The translations under genes were made by a program, and so were the position numbers. DNA of 64,000 nucleotides from an uncultured Bacteroidota bacterium (lineage in GTDB: Bacteria > Bacteroidota > Ignavibacteria > UBA10030 > UBA6906): the NCBI GenBank assembly GCA_963700635.1, contig CAVOYH010000002.1:128001-192000 (forward strand), read 5' to 3'. The notes under the pieces were generated by a model. That model searched no databases and had not been told where the DNA came from. It saw only the letters and a program-made list of their open reading frames with translations. This document shows, piece by piece, positions 39,141 through 48,703 of this stretch (position 1 is its first letter; every line of letters starts with the position of its first letter).

Positions 39141-39647
39141 ATGAAATCAATTCGCGTCATTATGACCATTGCGCTGGTCTGCATCCTGGCAACCGGTGTC
39201 AGCGCGCAATTCAAATCCCAGGTAGAACAGGAATCTCGAATCTCAGGAGGGGTCCTTCAAAGCACGTCTCCCTCGCTGCTGTTTGGCTGGTTTAATCCGG
39301 AGAATTTTCACATGCGTCATACGGTGAGTTTCTCCTATCACACCATGGGGGACCATTCTGCGTCGCTCGGGACATACACCAACAGCATGATGTACCAATT
39401 TACCGACAATCTGAACGCGAGGGCGGATATCAGTCTGAATTATTCACCTCTCAATTCCTCTTCGGGCTCATTTGCGAACGGTCAGAAAAACTCGCTTAGC
39501 TCAGTGTACCTCAGCCGCGCCGAGGTAAACTACCGTCCGTGGGAAAATGTCGCGGTACAAATTCAATTCCGGCAGGTTCCCTACGGAATGTATTCGCCGT
39601 ACTATTCACCCTACTATTCACCCTGGTACAGGGAGGATGGATTCTGA
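39141..39647 (+). CDS. Hypothetical secreted beta-rich protein with Tyr-Ser-Pro-Tyr C-terminal repeats
   Basis: Sec signal MKSIRVIM...VSAQ; amphipathic strands; tail YSPYYSPYYSPWY. The ORF-track start 39096 falls inside the -10 box. Confidence 0.7.
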   Translation: MKSIRVIMTIALVCILATGVSAQFKSQVEQESRISGGVLQSTSPSLLFGWFNPENFHMRHTVSFSYHTMGDHSASLGTYTNSMMYQFTDNLNARADISLNYSPLNSSSGSFANGQKNSLSSVYLSRAEVNYRPWENVAVQIQFRQVPYGMYSPYYSPYYSPWYREDGF

Positions 39648-39690
39648 TTTACCTGGATAGTCCGCTGTACAGTCGAACGCGTGCCTCAGA

Positions 39691-39733
39691 AGCCGAGGAC
39701 ATTCTCTCCGGAAAGGGACAGTCCTCGGTTTTT
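39691..39733 (+). terminator. Probable intrinsic terminator
   Basis: AGCCGAGGAC...GTCCTCGGTT stem followed by a T-run (39729-39733). Confidence 0.55.
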
Positions 39734-39753
39734 CATTGGTTGTTATAAGGCCG

Positions 39754-40242
39754 ATGGAAAAAAGCTCACGCCCCAGGCGCCCCCGTTCACGTCCGCTGTG
39801 GATTCGAAAGCCCTCCGCGGCCGTTCTGCTGAACCTCGCGATTGTTGTTCTGGTGGTGGTGGTAGGATACCTGGGATTTTCCCTGGTAGTACGGATGTTT
39901 TTTGCACCGTCGGTAGATGTGTCCCGTGACGGAGATCCGCGTGGCAGAGTGATTCAAGTGGATGTGCTAAACGGATGCGGGGTGGCTCGCGAAGCTGCCA
40001 GCATGACTGCGTATCTTCGTTCACGCGGATATGATGTGGTGGAGATACGAAACTATCACCGTTTTGATGTCAAGGAATCGTTGGTGATCGACCGTGGGGG
40101 AAATCTGAAGAACGCCGAGAAGGTCGCCCTGGCGCTCGGCATTTCTCCGTCGCAGTGTATTCAGCAACTCAATCCCGATTATTATGTTGATATTTCCGTC
40201 GTTATAGGCCTCGACCACGGAACACTCAAACATTCACAGTAG
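39754..40242 (+). CDS. LytR C-terminal domain membrane protein
   Basis: One TM then IQVDVLNGCG..A, LRSRGYDVV, D.SVVIGLD. Confidence 0.8.
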   Translation: MEKSSRPRRPRSRPLWIRKPSAAVLLNLAIVVLVVVVGYLGFSLVVRMFFAPSVDVSRDGDPRGRVIQVDVLNGCGVAREAASMTAYLRSRGYDVVEIRNYHRFDVKESLVIDRGGNLKNAEKVALALGISPSQCIQQLNPDYYVDISVVIGLDHGTLKHSQ

Positions 40243-40254
40243 AAAGGAACCACT

Positions 40255-40779
40255 TTGAAACCTGCTACCCTGGCGAAACATGTTGCGGAATTTGTGTTGA
40301 CAAAGAAAGGACAGGATGTTGTGCTGATGAATCTGAGGGGGTTGAGCAGCGTGACAGATTTTTTTGTCGTCTGCTCAGCGGACTCCGACGTGCAGGTCAG
40401 AGCAATCGCTAATGCGGTAGAAGAAGGTCTCAAGCTGAAGGGTGTGCGCCCGTGGCAGATCGAACGCGGGAGTCCGAATTGGGTGATCCTGGATTATGTC
40501 GATGTTGTTCTCCACGTGTTCCACAAACAGACCCGCCATTTTTACAATCTTGAAAAGCTGTGGGGAGATGCAGAGATCAAACACGCCGAGGACGGAGGGA
40601 AAAAGCCGGCGGCCAAACCGAGGCCGAAGACGAAATCGGCGGTACTGAAGAAAGCAAAGCCAGCAACAAAACCCAAACGCAAGGCAACGACGAAGAAAAC
40701 AGCGACGCCCAAACGGAAGGCCGCCGGACGCGCATCCGCGGGCACGAAGGGTGGCGCACGGAGAAAAGTAGCAACATGA
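40255..40779 (+). CDS. rsfS: Ribosome silencing factor with a Lys/Ala-rich C-terminal tail
   Basis: KKGQDV, TDFFVVCS, WVILDYVDVVLHVF, RHFYNLEKLWGDA; TTG start after AGAAAGGA. Confidence 0.92.
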   Translation: MKPATLAKHVAEFVLTKKGQDVVLMNLRGLSSVTDFFVVCSADSDVQVRAIANAVEEGLKLKGVRPWQIERGSPNWVILDYVDVVLHVFHKQTRHFYNLEKLWGDAEIKHAEDGGKKPAAKPRPKTKSAVLKKAKPATKPKRKATTKKTATPKRKAAGRASAGTKGGARRKVAT

Positions 40780-42410
40780 AGGCATACCTGCGGACGGCAC
40801 TCACCGAAGCACTCCAGCACGCCGGATACCCGGTCCACGATGACGTGACGGTCGAACGTCCGCGCCAGGAAGGACACGGAGATCTGACGACAAACGTCGC
40901 TCTGATCCTCGCAAAGTCACTCGGGAAAAAACCACGCGTGCTGGCGGAAGAGATCGTGGCGCATCTGTCACCGGATCCGGCCATGATTGCACACGTCCAG
41001 GTCGCCGGACCGGGCTTCATCAATGTGACGTTCACGGACACGTTTTTCCGCCGCCAACTTCCAGACCTCCTTTCAGCGGACAGCGACTTCGGGCGTTCTT
41101 CCCTCGGCAAGGGGCGACGGGTCCAGGTTGAATTCGTGAGCGCAAATCCAACCGGACCCCTCACGGTCGGACACGGCCGCGGCGCCGTGTTCGGCGACAC
41201 ACTTTCCCGAATCCTCGAATGGACTGGCCATCAGGTTGAACGTGAGTACTACTTCAACAATGCCGGACGGCAAATGCGCATCCTCGGAGATTCCGTGCGG
41301 CTGCGATATCTCACGCTTCTGGGTGAACACGTGGAGTTCCCGCAGGACTACTATCAGGGTGAGTATATAACGGACATAGCGCGTCATATTCATTCACTTC
41401 ATGGCGAGAGCAAACGCCATGAGCCTGCAGAAGGGCTCTTCAAATCCGTCGCGGAGGAGGAAATTTTTGCGGACATCCGCGCCACGCTGGCATCGCTCGG
41501 AATCACCTTCACATCGTATTATAACGAGCACACTCTCTATAGTGACGGAAAAATTGACGAAGTTGTGGCGGCGCTCAAGGAGCGCGGACTTACGTATGAA
41601 CAGGACGGCGCTCTCTGGTTCAAAGCGTCGTCACTGGGAAATGAAAAAGACAAGGTTATCATCAAGAGCTCCGGCGAACCAACGTACCGGTTACCCGATA
41701 TTGCCTATCATTGTGAAAAATTCCGGCGTGGTTATGATCTGATGATTGATATCTTCGGCGCCGACCATGTGGCTACCTATCCGGATGTCCTGGTGGCCCT
41801 GAACGCAATGGGATTTGATCCGGCGAAAGTGAAAGTGCTGATACACCAGTTCGTGACCATCATGGAGGGCAACGAAGTGATGAAGATGTCCACGCGGAAA
41901 GCCAATTTTATTACGCTGGATGAACTGACGCAGGCCGTTGGCGTGGATGCGGTGCGTTACTTCTTCATCATGAGAACCATCTCCAGTCATCTGAATTTTG
42001 ACCTGGCACTTGCGCGGCAGAAGTCCGATGAAAATCCCGTCTTTTACGTGCAATACGCTCATGCACGCATCTCGAGCATTCTGCGGTTTGCAGAGAAGGA
42101 AGGCAAGGTTGTCGGAGAAGGTGCCGGGTACGCCGAACGGCTGACCGAACCGGAAGAACTTCTCCTCCTCAAACGTGTTCTCCTCTTTCCGGAGATCGTC
42201 GAGGCGTGCGCCCTGACCGACGAACCTCATCGTTTGGCGGATTATCTTCATGACCTGGCTGGAACGTTTCATGTCTTCTATCACCACCATCGTGTCGTCA
42301 CACCCGACGGGGATCTGACTGCCGCCCGGCTTGCTCTGGTGCGATCCGTGCAGATCGTGCTCAGGAATGGATTCTCCATCCTGGGCATATCCGCGCCGGA
42401 ACAGATGTAG
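40776..42410 (+). CDS. argS: Arginine-tRNA ligase
   Basis: HGDLTTN, GPGFIN, VEFVSANPTGPLTVGHGR, GADH, KMSTRK, NPVFYVQYAHARI, GISAPEQM. Start is ATG 40776 (ATGA overlap with rsfS), not 40560. Confidence 0.96.
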   Translation: MKAYLRTALTEALQHAGYPVHDDVTVERPRQEGHGDLTTNVALILAKSLGKKPRVLAEEIVAHLSPDPAMIAHVQVAGPGFINVTFTDTFFRRQLPDLLSADSDFGRSSLGKGRRVQVEFVSANPTGPLTVGHGRGAVFGDTLSRILEWTGHQVEREYYFNNAGRQMRILGDSVRLRYLTLLGEHVEFPQDYYQGEYITDIARHIHSLHGESKRHEPAEGLFKSVAEEEIFADIRATLASLGITFTSYYNEHTLYSDGKIDEVVAALKERGLTYEQDGALWFKASSLGNEKDKVIIKSSGEPTYRLPDIAYHCEKFRRGYDLMIDIFGADHVATYPDVLVALNAMGFDPAKVKVLIHQFVTIMEGNEVMKMSTRKANFITLDELTQAVGVDAVRYFFIMRTISSHLNFDLALARQKSDENPVFYVQYAHARISSILRFAEKEGKVVGEGAGYAERLTEPEELLLLKRVLLFPEIVEACALTDEPHRLADYLHDLAGTFHVFYHHHRVVTPDGDLTAARLALVRSVQIVLRNGFSILGISAPEQM

Positions 42411-42654
42411 CATCGCTGACACTCTCGCGAGGATGCCCATATCCCCGAGTGGCATACCGTGGGTGTTCGAGGACATCAGGTTTTTCTCGGGCTCTAGCCG
42501 GGAATGTCCCAAATGAGCCGGACCATGCGGACTCCCGGGAGCACGAAGAGATTCGCAGGAATCTGCGCGCACGGAGCGAATAATGTGGCATACGCATCTG
42601 CTATGAAGAGCTCGCAGTCCGTTTTCCGGACCATCCGCCCCCGGCGGCGGTACG

Positions 42655-42683
42655 TTGACTTTCCCTGTCGAATTTCGTAAGTT
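42655..42683 (+). promoter_or_regulatory. Sigma70-type promoter of the polysaccharide locus
   Basis: TTGACT-17 nt-TAAGTT in an AT-richer patch ~160 nt upstream of rmlC. Confidence 0.55.
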
Positions 42684-42841
42684 CAAGTTATTCAATACGT
42701 AAGGGAAATCCACCTCACCTCCTTGCTACCAAAGAAGCCATCAGTGCAGAACCAGTGTGTCGGTTCCGGAACGCCTGTGCGCGCTTCGCTGCCTCCGTAG
42801 TCTACGAATAGATTCAATCTGAACACCATTAAGGTATTTCT

Positions 42842-43315
42842 ATGTTCAAGAATGGCACTATCCACGATGTCGTCATCAAGGATCTGGTGAAGTTTGCCGA
42901 TCAGAGAGGCTGGCTGGTCGAACTATTCAGGGAAGATGAGATCCCGCCGGAATTTATGCCGGTGATGGGATACATCTCCATGACCGTGCCTGACATCGCG
43001 CGCGGTCCCCACGAGCACGTCGAACAGGCCGACTGTTTCGCCTTCCTGGGACCTTCGACCTTCAAGGTGTATCTCTGGGATAACCGCAAGGATTCACCGA
43101 CCTACAAAACCCGACAGATAATGTTCGCCGGAGAAGATGCTCCCTGCACAGTCATCATACCGGCTGGAGTTGTACATGCATACCGGAATGTCGGAGACAA
43201 ACAGGGTATGGTTGTAAACTTGCCCAATCGTCTCTTCGCAGGGAAGGGAAAAGGGGAACCGGTGGACGAAATACGGCACGAGCACGATCCCCAATCCATA
43301 TTTCAACTGGATTAA
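42842..43315 (+). CDS. rmlC: dTDP-4-dehydrorhamnose 3,5-epimerase family cupin
   Basis: FADQRGWLVE, RGPHEH, WDNRKDSPTY, IPAGVVHAY. Confidence 0.8.
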   Translation: MFKNGTIHDVVIKDLVKFADQRGWLVELFREDEIPPEFMPVMGYISMTVPDIARGPHEHVEQADCFAFLGPSTFKVYLWDNRKDSPTYKTRQIMFAGEDAPCTVIIPAGVVHAYRNVGDKQGMVVNLPNRLFAGKGKGEPVDEIRHEHDPQSIFQLD

Positions 43316-43318
43316 CCC

Positions 43319-44332
43319 ATGCGCAATGTTCTTGTCACCGGAGGGGCGGGGTTTATCGGCAGCAATTTTGTCCATTTTATGCTTGCTGCCCATAAAGGCA
43401 TTCATCTTGTAAATTTTGATACCCTGACCTACGCGGGGAATCTGGGCAACCTTGTCTCCGTCGCTTCTCACCCGCACTATACATTCGTACGTGGTGATAT
43501 TTGCGACCGGGCTGCCGTCGAGCGTGTCGTGCAGGAGCACGCCATTGACACGATTGTGCATTTTGCGGCTGAATCTCACGTAGACCGCAGTATTATGGGG
43601 GCGGCAATATTTGTCACCACGAATGTTGTCGGGACACAGGTGTTGCTTGACGTCGCCCGCGAAAAAAAGATCGAGCGGTTTCTTCACGTCTCCACGGATG
43701 AAGTATACGGGTCTCTGGGATCCACCGGAAAGTTCACCGAAAACACACCGCTGCATCCAAACAGTCCGTACGCCGCTTCAAAAGCCTCCTCCGATCTCCT
43801 GGCACTCGCAAATGTTCACACGTTCGGGCTTCCCGTGATTGTGACAAGATGTTCAAACAATTACGGCCCCTACCAATTCCCCGAAAAGCTGATCCCCCTT
43901 ATGATCGTGAACGCCCTGAGCAATAAGGAACTGCCGGTCTACGGCCAGGGGTTGAATGTGCGCGACTGGTTGTATGTGGGGGACCACTGCTCTGCGATTG
44001 ACACCGTGTTGCAGAAAGGGAAGGTGGGAGAGGTGTATAACATCGGTGGCGAGAACGAGTGGAAGAACATCGACATCGTGCGTCTGCTTCTGAATCGGCT
44101 CGGGAAGCCCGAGACGCTTATCAGATATGTCAAAGACCGGCCTGGCCATGACCTGCGCTACGCGATAGATGCTTCCAAGATCCGGAATGAGCTTGGCTGG
44201 TCGCCTTCCGTGACGTTTGACGAGGGGATTGTGAAGACAATTGACTGGTATCTTGCCAACGAAGCCTGGTGGCGGAAAATTATTGATGGAACGTACCGGG
44301 ACTATTATCGGGAAATGTATCATGAGCGCTAA
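43319..44332 (+). CDS. rmlB: dTDP-glucose 4,6-dehydratase
   Basis: VTGGAGFIGSN, TYAGN, AAESHVDRSI, STDEVYG, SPYAASK, NNYGPYQFPEKLIP, DRPGHDLRY. Confidence 0.96.
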   Translation: MRNVLVTGGAGFIGSNFVHFMLAAHKGIHLVNFDTLTYAGNLGNLVSVASHPHYTFVRGDICDRAAVERVVQEHAIDTIVHFAAESHVDRSIMGAAIFVTTNVVGTQVLLDVAREKKIERFLHVSTDEVYGSLGSTGKFTENTPLHPNSPYAASKASSDLLALANVHTFGLPVIVTRCSNNYGPYQFPEKLIPLMIVNALSNKELPVYGQGLNVRDWLYVGDHCSAIDTVLQKGKVGEVYNIGGENEWKNIDIVRLLLNRLGKPETLIRYVKDRPGHDLRYAIDASKIRNELGWSPSVTFDEGIVKTIDWYLANEAWWRKIIDGTYRDYYREMYHER

Positions 44333-45986
44333 GCGAGTTATTGCGAGGGGCACCTTGCTCGTTCTCTTCGGGCTCGTTCTGCTGCTGCCGCCCACATGGG
44401 CGCAGACGCGGCAAACAACATCGCCACTGGATCTCCCCGGGGTCCGGGATAGATCAGCGCTCACACCCGGTGCAGCCGCGCCGGCACCTGCGCTTGAGTC
44501 CGTCATTGACCCGGACAACTACATCGTTGGTCCATCCGACGGCTTCGGTGTGAACATATGGACCGATCCTCCTGTGACGATGCGGCTGACCGTAACGCCG
44601 GAAGGAACGCTCATCGTCCCCGGTGTCGGCGAGATCGTCGTTGCCCGGTTGCCCCTTGCCGAAGCACGCGCAAGAGTTCTCACAGAGGTCAGGAAACGCT
44701 TCCGGTTTGGAGAATCCTCCGTCACGCTGGTCACACCGCGCTCAGTGGTGGTGTCCGTACAGGGGCGTGTCCTCAATCCGGGATCCTATGTCCTTCCGGC
44801 GTACAGCCGCGTGGACAAGGCCGTCGAGGAAGCCAACAAGACACTCACAGGGCAGTCATTTGATGAGGCCCGCTGGATCAAGAGCGAGATGTCCACCCGG
44901 CGGATCATGGTCCGGCATAATGATGGCACCCAGACGCGGGTTGATCTCAAGAAGTTTCTCGCATCCCAGGACGATCGGTGGAATCCCTATCTCCGCGAGG
45001 GGGATATTATTGTTGTACCACGGATTGACTTTTCGCGCGATGTGTTCGGAGTGTACGGAAACGTGAATGCTCCCGGACGATATGAATATGTCGAGGGTGA
45101 CGGAATACGGGCGGCGCTGCAGATTGTGTTCGGGTTTAGTCCGCGGGCGATTCAGGATAGTATCGAGTTTATCCGGCAGAACGAAGACGGCGAAACCGCA
45201 TTCCGTCGTTTCGTGAACGGGTGGGGGATACTCTCGGGCACTGATGAAGACATACCCCTGCAGGCAGGGGACCGTCTTGTGGTGCGGGGGCAGGTTGACC
45301 TCCGGGGCGACTACACCGTGAGTGTGCGGGGGCAGGTGAAAAATCCGGGTGTGTATCCCATCACGCGTGCCTCAACAAGAATCATTGACGTGATCAGGGC
45401 TGCGGGCGGATTTACCGAAGACGCGTCGCTGACGTCGGCGGAACTTATGCGACGTTCAGTAGCTGAAGGCGAGCTGGAAACGGAACGGCTGCAGAGCCTG
45501 CGGGGCGGTGTGCCTCAGGAGGATAGCTCATATTACTATCTGGAGACGATGCTGCGTCTCCGGAAGGAAACCGTGTATTGTGATTTTGCGGCGTTGTTCC
45601 TGCGGGGAGACTCCTCCCAGAATGTTCTCCTGCGCGACGGCGACGTCATTGTGGTCCCCATTACAAGCGTGACGATCTATGTTTTTGGGCAGGTGGTGAG
45701 CCCCGGTCACATCCAGTATACTCCCGGTGAAAATGTTGAGCATTACCTCCGGATGGCCGGAGGACTCACGGACCGGGCAAGGGAGTCCGATATCAAAATT
45801 GTCAAAGCGAAAACCCGCCAGTGGCTGTCGGCCGATGAGGGGATCGTTGAAGAAGGTGACTACGTCTGGGTCCCCAAAGTGACGGAAAAACCTTTCGGGT
45901 ACTTTCTGGGAATCATAGCACAATCAGCAGCAATTCTGGGTGCGGCGGTAAGCGTCGCACTGCTCGCGCTGCAACTGAACAAATAA
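44322..45986 (+). CDS. Polysaccharide export protein with multiple SLBB domains (Wza/KpsD-like)
   Basis: Signal peptide; YIVGPSD poly-export motif; repeated G.V.NPG.Y SLBB units; C-terminal helix. Start reassigned to ATG 44322. Confidence 0.8.
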   Translation: MSAKRVIARGTLLVLFGLVLLLPPTWAQTRQTTSPLDLPGVRDRSALTPGAAAPAPALESVIDPDNYIVGPSDGFGVNIWTDPPVTMRLTVTPEGTLIVPGVGEIVVARLPLAEARARVLTEVRKRFRFGESSVTLVTPRSVVVSVQGRVLNPGSYVLPAYSRVDKAVEEANKTLTGQSFDEARWIKSEMSTRRIMVRHNDGTQTRVDLKKFLASQDDRWNPYLREGDIIVVPRIDFSRDVFGVYGNVNAPGRYEYVEGDGIRAALQIVFGFSPRAIQDSIEFIRQNEDGETAFRRFVNGWGILSGTDEDIPLQAGDRLVVRGQVDLRGDYTVSVRGQVKNPGVYPITRASTRIIDVIRAAGGFTEDASLTSAELMRRSVAEGELETERLQSLRGGVPQEDSSYYYLETMLRLRKETVYCDFAALFLRGDSSQNVLLRDGDVIVVPITSVTIYVFGQVVSPGHIQYTPGENVEHYLRMAGGLTDRARESDIKIVKAKTRQWLSADEGIVEEGDYVWVPKVTEKPFGYFLGIIAQSAAILGAAVSVALLALQLNK

Positions 45987-46028
45987 CCCTTGATCGCCGG
46001 CGGTAGAATACAACGTCGTGTGTAATGT

Positions 46029-47267
46029 ATGTCCACCGAGAATCGAACCAGCAGCGAATCGACCATGCCAGCATCCGCCCCAAAAGAATTCCACCTTCTT
46101 GACACTGTAAATTTTGTGGTCAAGCGGAAAGAGATGTTCATCGGTATATTCCTCCTCTCTTTCGTCTGTACATTCCTTGCCGTCTTTGTCTTTGTGGAAG
46201 AGCAATACGAGGCCACGGCTGTTCTCATCCCCCGTTCTGAAGACGGTGTTTCTGCTGTGGGGAATCTCCTGCGCAGCGTGAAAGGGGTTTCGTTCGGCCT
46301 GGGCGGGAAGACCCCCAAATCGGAGACCGATCTGTATACGACCATCATCTACAGTCGCACAATGATGGAGGACCTGATCCGGACATTCGGTCTGGTCGCT
46401 GCATACGACCTGGATTCCACCAGCGCTGACCATATGGAAAAGGCGGTGAAGCGGCTGCGGAAGGACGTCTCTACCCATGAGACGGATGAATCATCCTATC
46501 TGATCACTGTCCGGGCGGGTACACGCGAGCGGGCTGCTGCGATGACGAATACCATCGTTCAGAAGATGAATGAAAGAATTGTCGAGCTGAATATCAGCCG
46601 TTCAAAACAGAACCGGGAGTTTCTGGGTGGGCGTGTCGATGAAGTGCGCCGGGCCCTCCGCCTTGCTGAAGATTCCCTGCGGGCGTATCAGGAGCGGACC
46701 GGATTGCTCGACACAAAAGTGCAGATACAGGGGATCATCGAGGCTCACACCACGCTGGAGTCCGAGCTGGCAGCCCGGAGGATTCAGAAGGGGATCCTGG
46801 CACAGATGTATGACAACGAGTCGCCCCAGGTCCGGGAAGCGCAAATGCAGATCTCTGCATACGAGAACAAGCTGAAAACGATGCGGTCCACGACCGATCC
46901 CGGAAGTCCCCTCCTTGCGCTTCAGACCCTTCCAAAGACCGCGGTGGAACTCCTGCGCCGGTACCGGGAAGTGGAAATCAACAGTCTGCTGCTCGAGTAT
47001 ATCATGCCTCTCCATGAGCAGGCCAAAATTGAGGAAAAGAAGGACTATCCGGTATTGCAGATCATCGACCATGCAATCCCTCCGGCAAAAAAGAGTTATC
47101 CTCCCAGGATCCTCTTCGCGCTGGTCGGGGCATTCTCGGTCACCCTTCTGGTCGTTATCGTACTGCGTGTGCGGTTGTCGGTGTTGCACACAGCCGACCC
47201 GAGAGTGGTGACTCTGCTCGAGGAGTTCAAGAGCTGGTCATGGAGTTCCTGGAAACTCAAGCCATGA
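46029..47267 (+). CDS. Polysaccharide co-polymerase (Wzz/Wzc-like, no kinase domain)
   Basis: Two TMs flanking a coiled coil; IIDHAIPPAKKSYPPR motif. Confidence 0.8.
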   Translation: MSTENRTSSESTMPASAPKEFHLLDTVNFVVKRKEMFIGIFLLSFVCTFLAVFVFVEEQYEATAVLIPRSEDGVSAVGNLLRSVKGVSFGLGGKTPKSETDLYTTIIYSRTMMEDLIRTFGLVAAYDLDSTSADHMEKAVKRLRKDVSTHETDESSYLITVRAGTRERAAAMTNTIVQKMNERIVELNISRSKQNREFLGGRVDEVRRALRLAEDSLRAYQERTGLLDTKVQIQGIIEAHTTLESELAARRIQKGILAQMYDNESPQVREAQMQISAYENKLKTMRSTTDPGSPLLALQTLPKTAVELLRRYREVEINSLLLEYIMPLHEQAKIEEKKDYPVLQIIDHAIPPAKKSYPPRILFALVGAFSVTLLVVIVLRVRLSVLHTADPRVVTLLEEFKSWSWSSWKLKP

Positions 47268-48703
47268 ATGGAGTCGCGGGAACGGCGGGCGCAGAATCCA
47301 ATCAGGAATGGCGTTTCATGCTTTGGAGCGGCGCCGTTTTTACAGCGCTTTTTGTTGCACTCGTAACCTTCGGCGGCGGAAGAATTGAATCCGTTCTTGC
47401 CCTTCCTGTGCTGGCGCTGATCCTGACGCTCATGCGTAGTGTTGCACTGGCACTCGCTGCGCTTGTCGTTGTCCTCTTTGTCATCTTTCCCCTCTCGTTA
47501 TACAGCAGCGCAGTCTGGTTTTCGACGTTTGTTGCGCTGTCGTTTCTGATAAACTACCGGGACTTTGAGTGGCAGGAACTCTCCAGCCCGCTGACGATCC
47601 CTCTTCTTGCGTACGGTCTCGCCGTGTTGCCCTCACTTGTGAACGCGGTCGATCCGTGGCGGTCCATAGCCCTTCTGTTTAATGTCTGTGCTTTTCTGAT
47701 CGCCATGTACGTCACCTTTTTGACTGTCCGATCAATGACTGCTATCCGGCGGCTTGTCTGGGTGTATCTGGGGATGGTGCTGCTGAATGGGATTGTTCTG
47801 ATCCTGATCGCGATCACAAGCGAACGGCGGCAGTACGGCTTTGCAGGGATCATGTATGTGGATTACGCCGGTCTCGGGATCAGCATTCTGGCGGCAATTA
47901 CATTGCTTACGTCCGGAGCGCGCCGGATGGTAACGCTGGGTGTAACGTTTCTTGTTGGTATCGCCCTTGTGTTGACCCAGACACGGAACGCCTGGCTCAC
48001 AACTGCTGTCACCCTTTTGTTTGTGGTGGGATATCTGATCCGTTACCCTTTCCTCGCAGGTGTCCCTCGGCGGCGGCTTGTCCGGTATGCGCTTGTGGGA
48101 GGAATTCTGCTGCTCGTCATCGCCGGCGGCGCGTTGATGGTAAATCCTGCCATTGAACAACGTGCCTCGGACATAATGGACACGGAATCAGTGGAAGCGG
48201 GGGAATCACTCATTATCCGCAACTCTCTCATCACACGCCTGATGATATGGGATACCGCGCTGAACGCGTTTGTTGCCCACCCGTGGATCGGCGTGGGTGT
48301 GTATGGTTTTGCGCCTGCCTCCCAACAGTATTCCCGTCTTCCCGCCGTCTTCTATGACATCTATGTGCGGAACATGTCACCCCACGTGACATTCCTGGCG
48401 GTACTCTCAGAAACGGGCGTCATCGGGCTTGCAGGCTTCTTCGTCTTCCTGGGGGCTATCCTGCGGCTGGCATCCAGGGCCGTGCATGATATTCTCGAGC
48501 TTCGGGGCAAACGGTATGCGTTCGTAGGCCTGGTGGCGATGACGTATTGTACCGTATCGATGTTTGTTACCGATGCGTGGATGTGGGGACAGGGTATTGT
48601 CCTGTGGGGATTGATTGTTGGGCTCATCCTGGCGAATCGGAGGATCCAAAGTCCGGCAAAGAGTCTTCACAGCGAAACGACAGCACGGGGAGTTGAAGGG
48701 TGA
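47264..48703 (+). CDS. Wzy polymerase / O-antigen ligase family membrane protein
   Basis: About 12 TMs; LTQTRNAW, R..IW..A, HPWIGVG, PH..FL..LSETGVIG. Confidence 0.8.
   Translation: MNGVAGTAGAESNQEWRFMLWSGAVFTALFVALVTFGGGRIESVLALPVLALILTLMRSVALALAALVVVLFVIFPLSLYSSAVWFSTFVALSFLINYRDFEWQELSSPLTIPLLAYGLAVLPSLVNAVDPWRSIALLFNVCAFLIAMYVTFLTVRSMTAIRRLVWVYLGMVLLNGIVLILIAITSERRQYGFAGIMYVDYAGLGISILAAITLLTSGARRMVTLGVTFLVGIALVLTQTRNAWLTTAVTLLFVVGYLIRYPFLAGVPRRRLVRYALVGGILLLVIAGGALMVNPAIEQRASDIMDTESVEAGESLIIRNSLITRLMIWDTALNAFVAHPWIGVGVYGFAPASQQYSRLPAVFYDIYVRNMSPHVTFLAVLSETGVIGLAGFFVFLGAILRLASRAVHDILELRGKRYAFVGLVAMTYCTVSMFVTDAWMWGQGIVLWGLIVGLILANRRIQSPAKSLHSETTARGVEG

Noticed and set aside
40560-40775. 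72-aa N-terminal extension of ArgS overlapping rsfS
   Set aside because: It is the alternative frame of the rsfS low-complexity tail; ATG 40776 is translationally coupled and gives a normal ArgS.
42411-42650. ncRNA or mobile remnant in the argS-rmlC gap
   Set aside because: Only short, weak hairpins; no tRNA cloverleaf, terminal repeats or clear terminator recognised.
45999-46006. ops-like GGCGGTAG before the wzz-like gene (and GGCGGTAC at 42646-42653)
   Set aside because: It lacks the downstream nnTG of the RfaH ops element, the second copy lies upstream of the -35 and would not be transcribed, no NusG paralogue is in the window, and the 8-mer is likely by chance.
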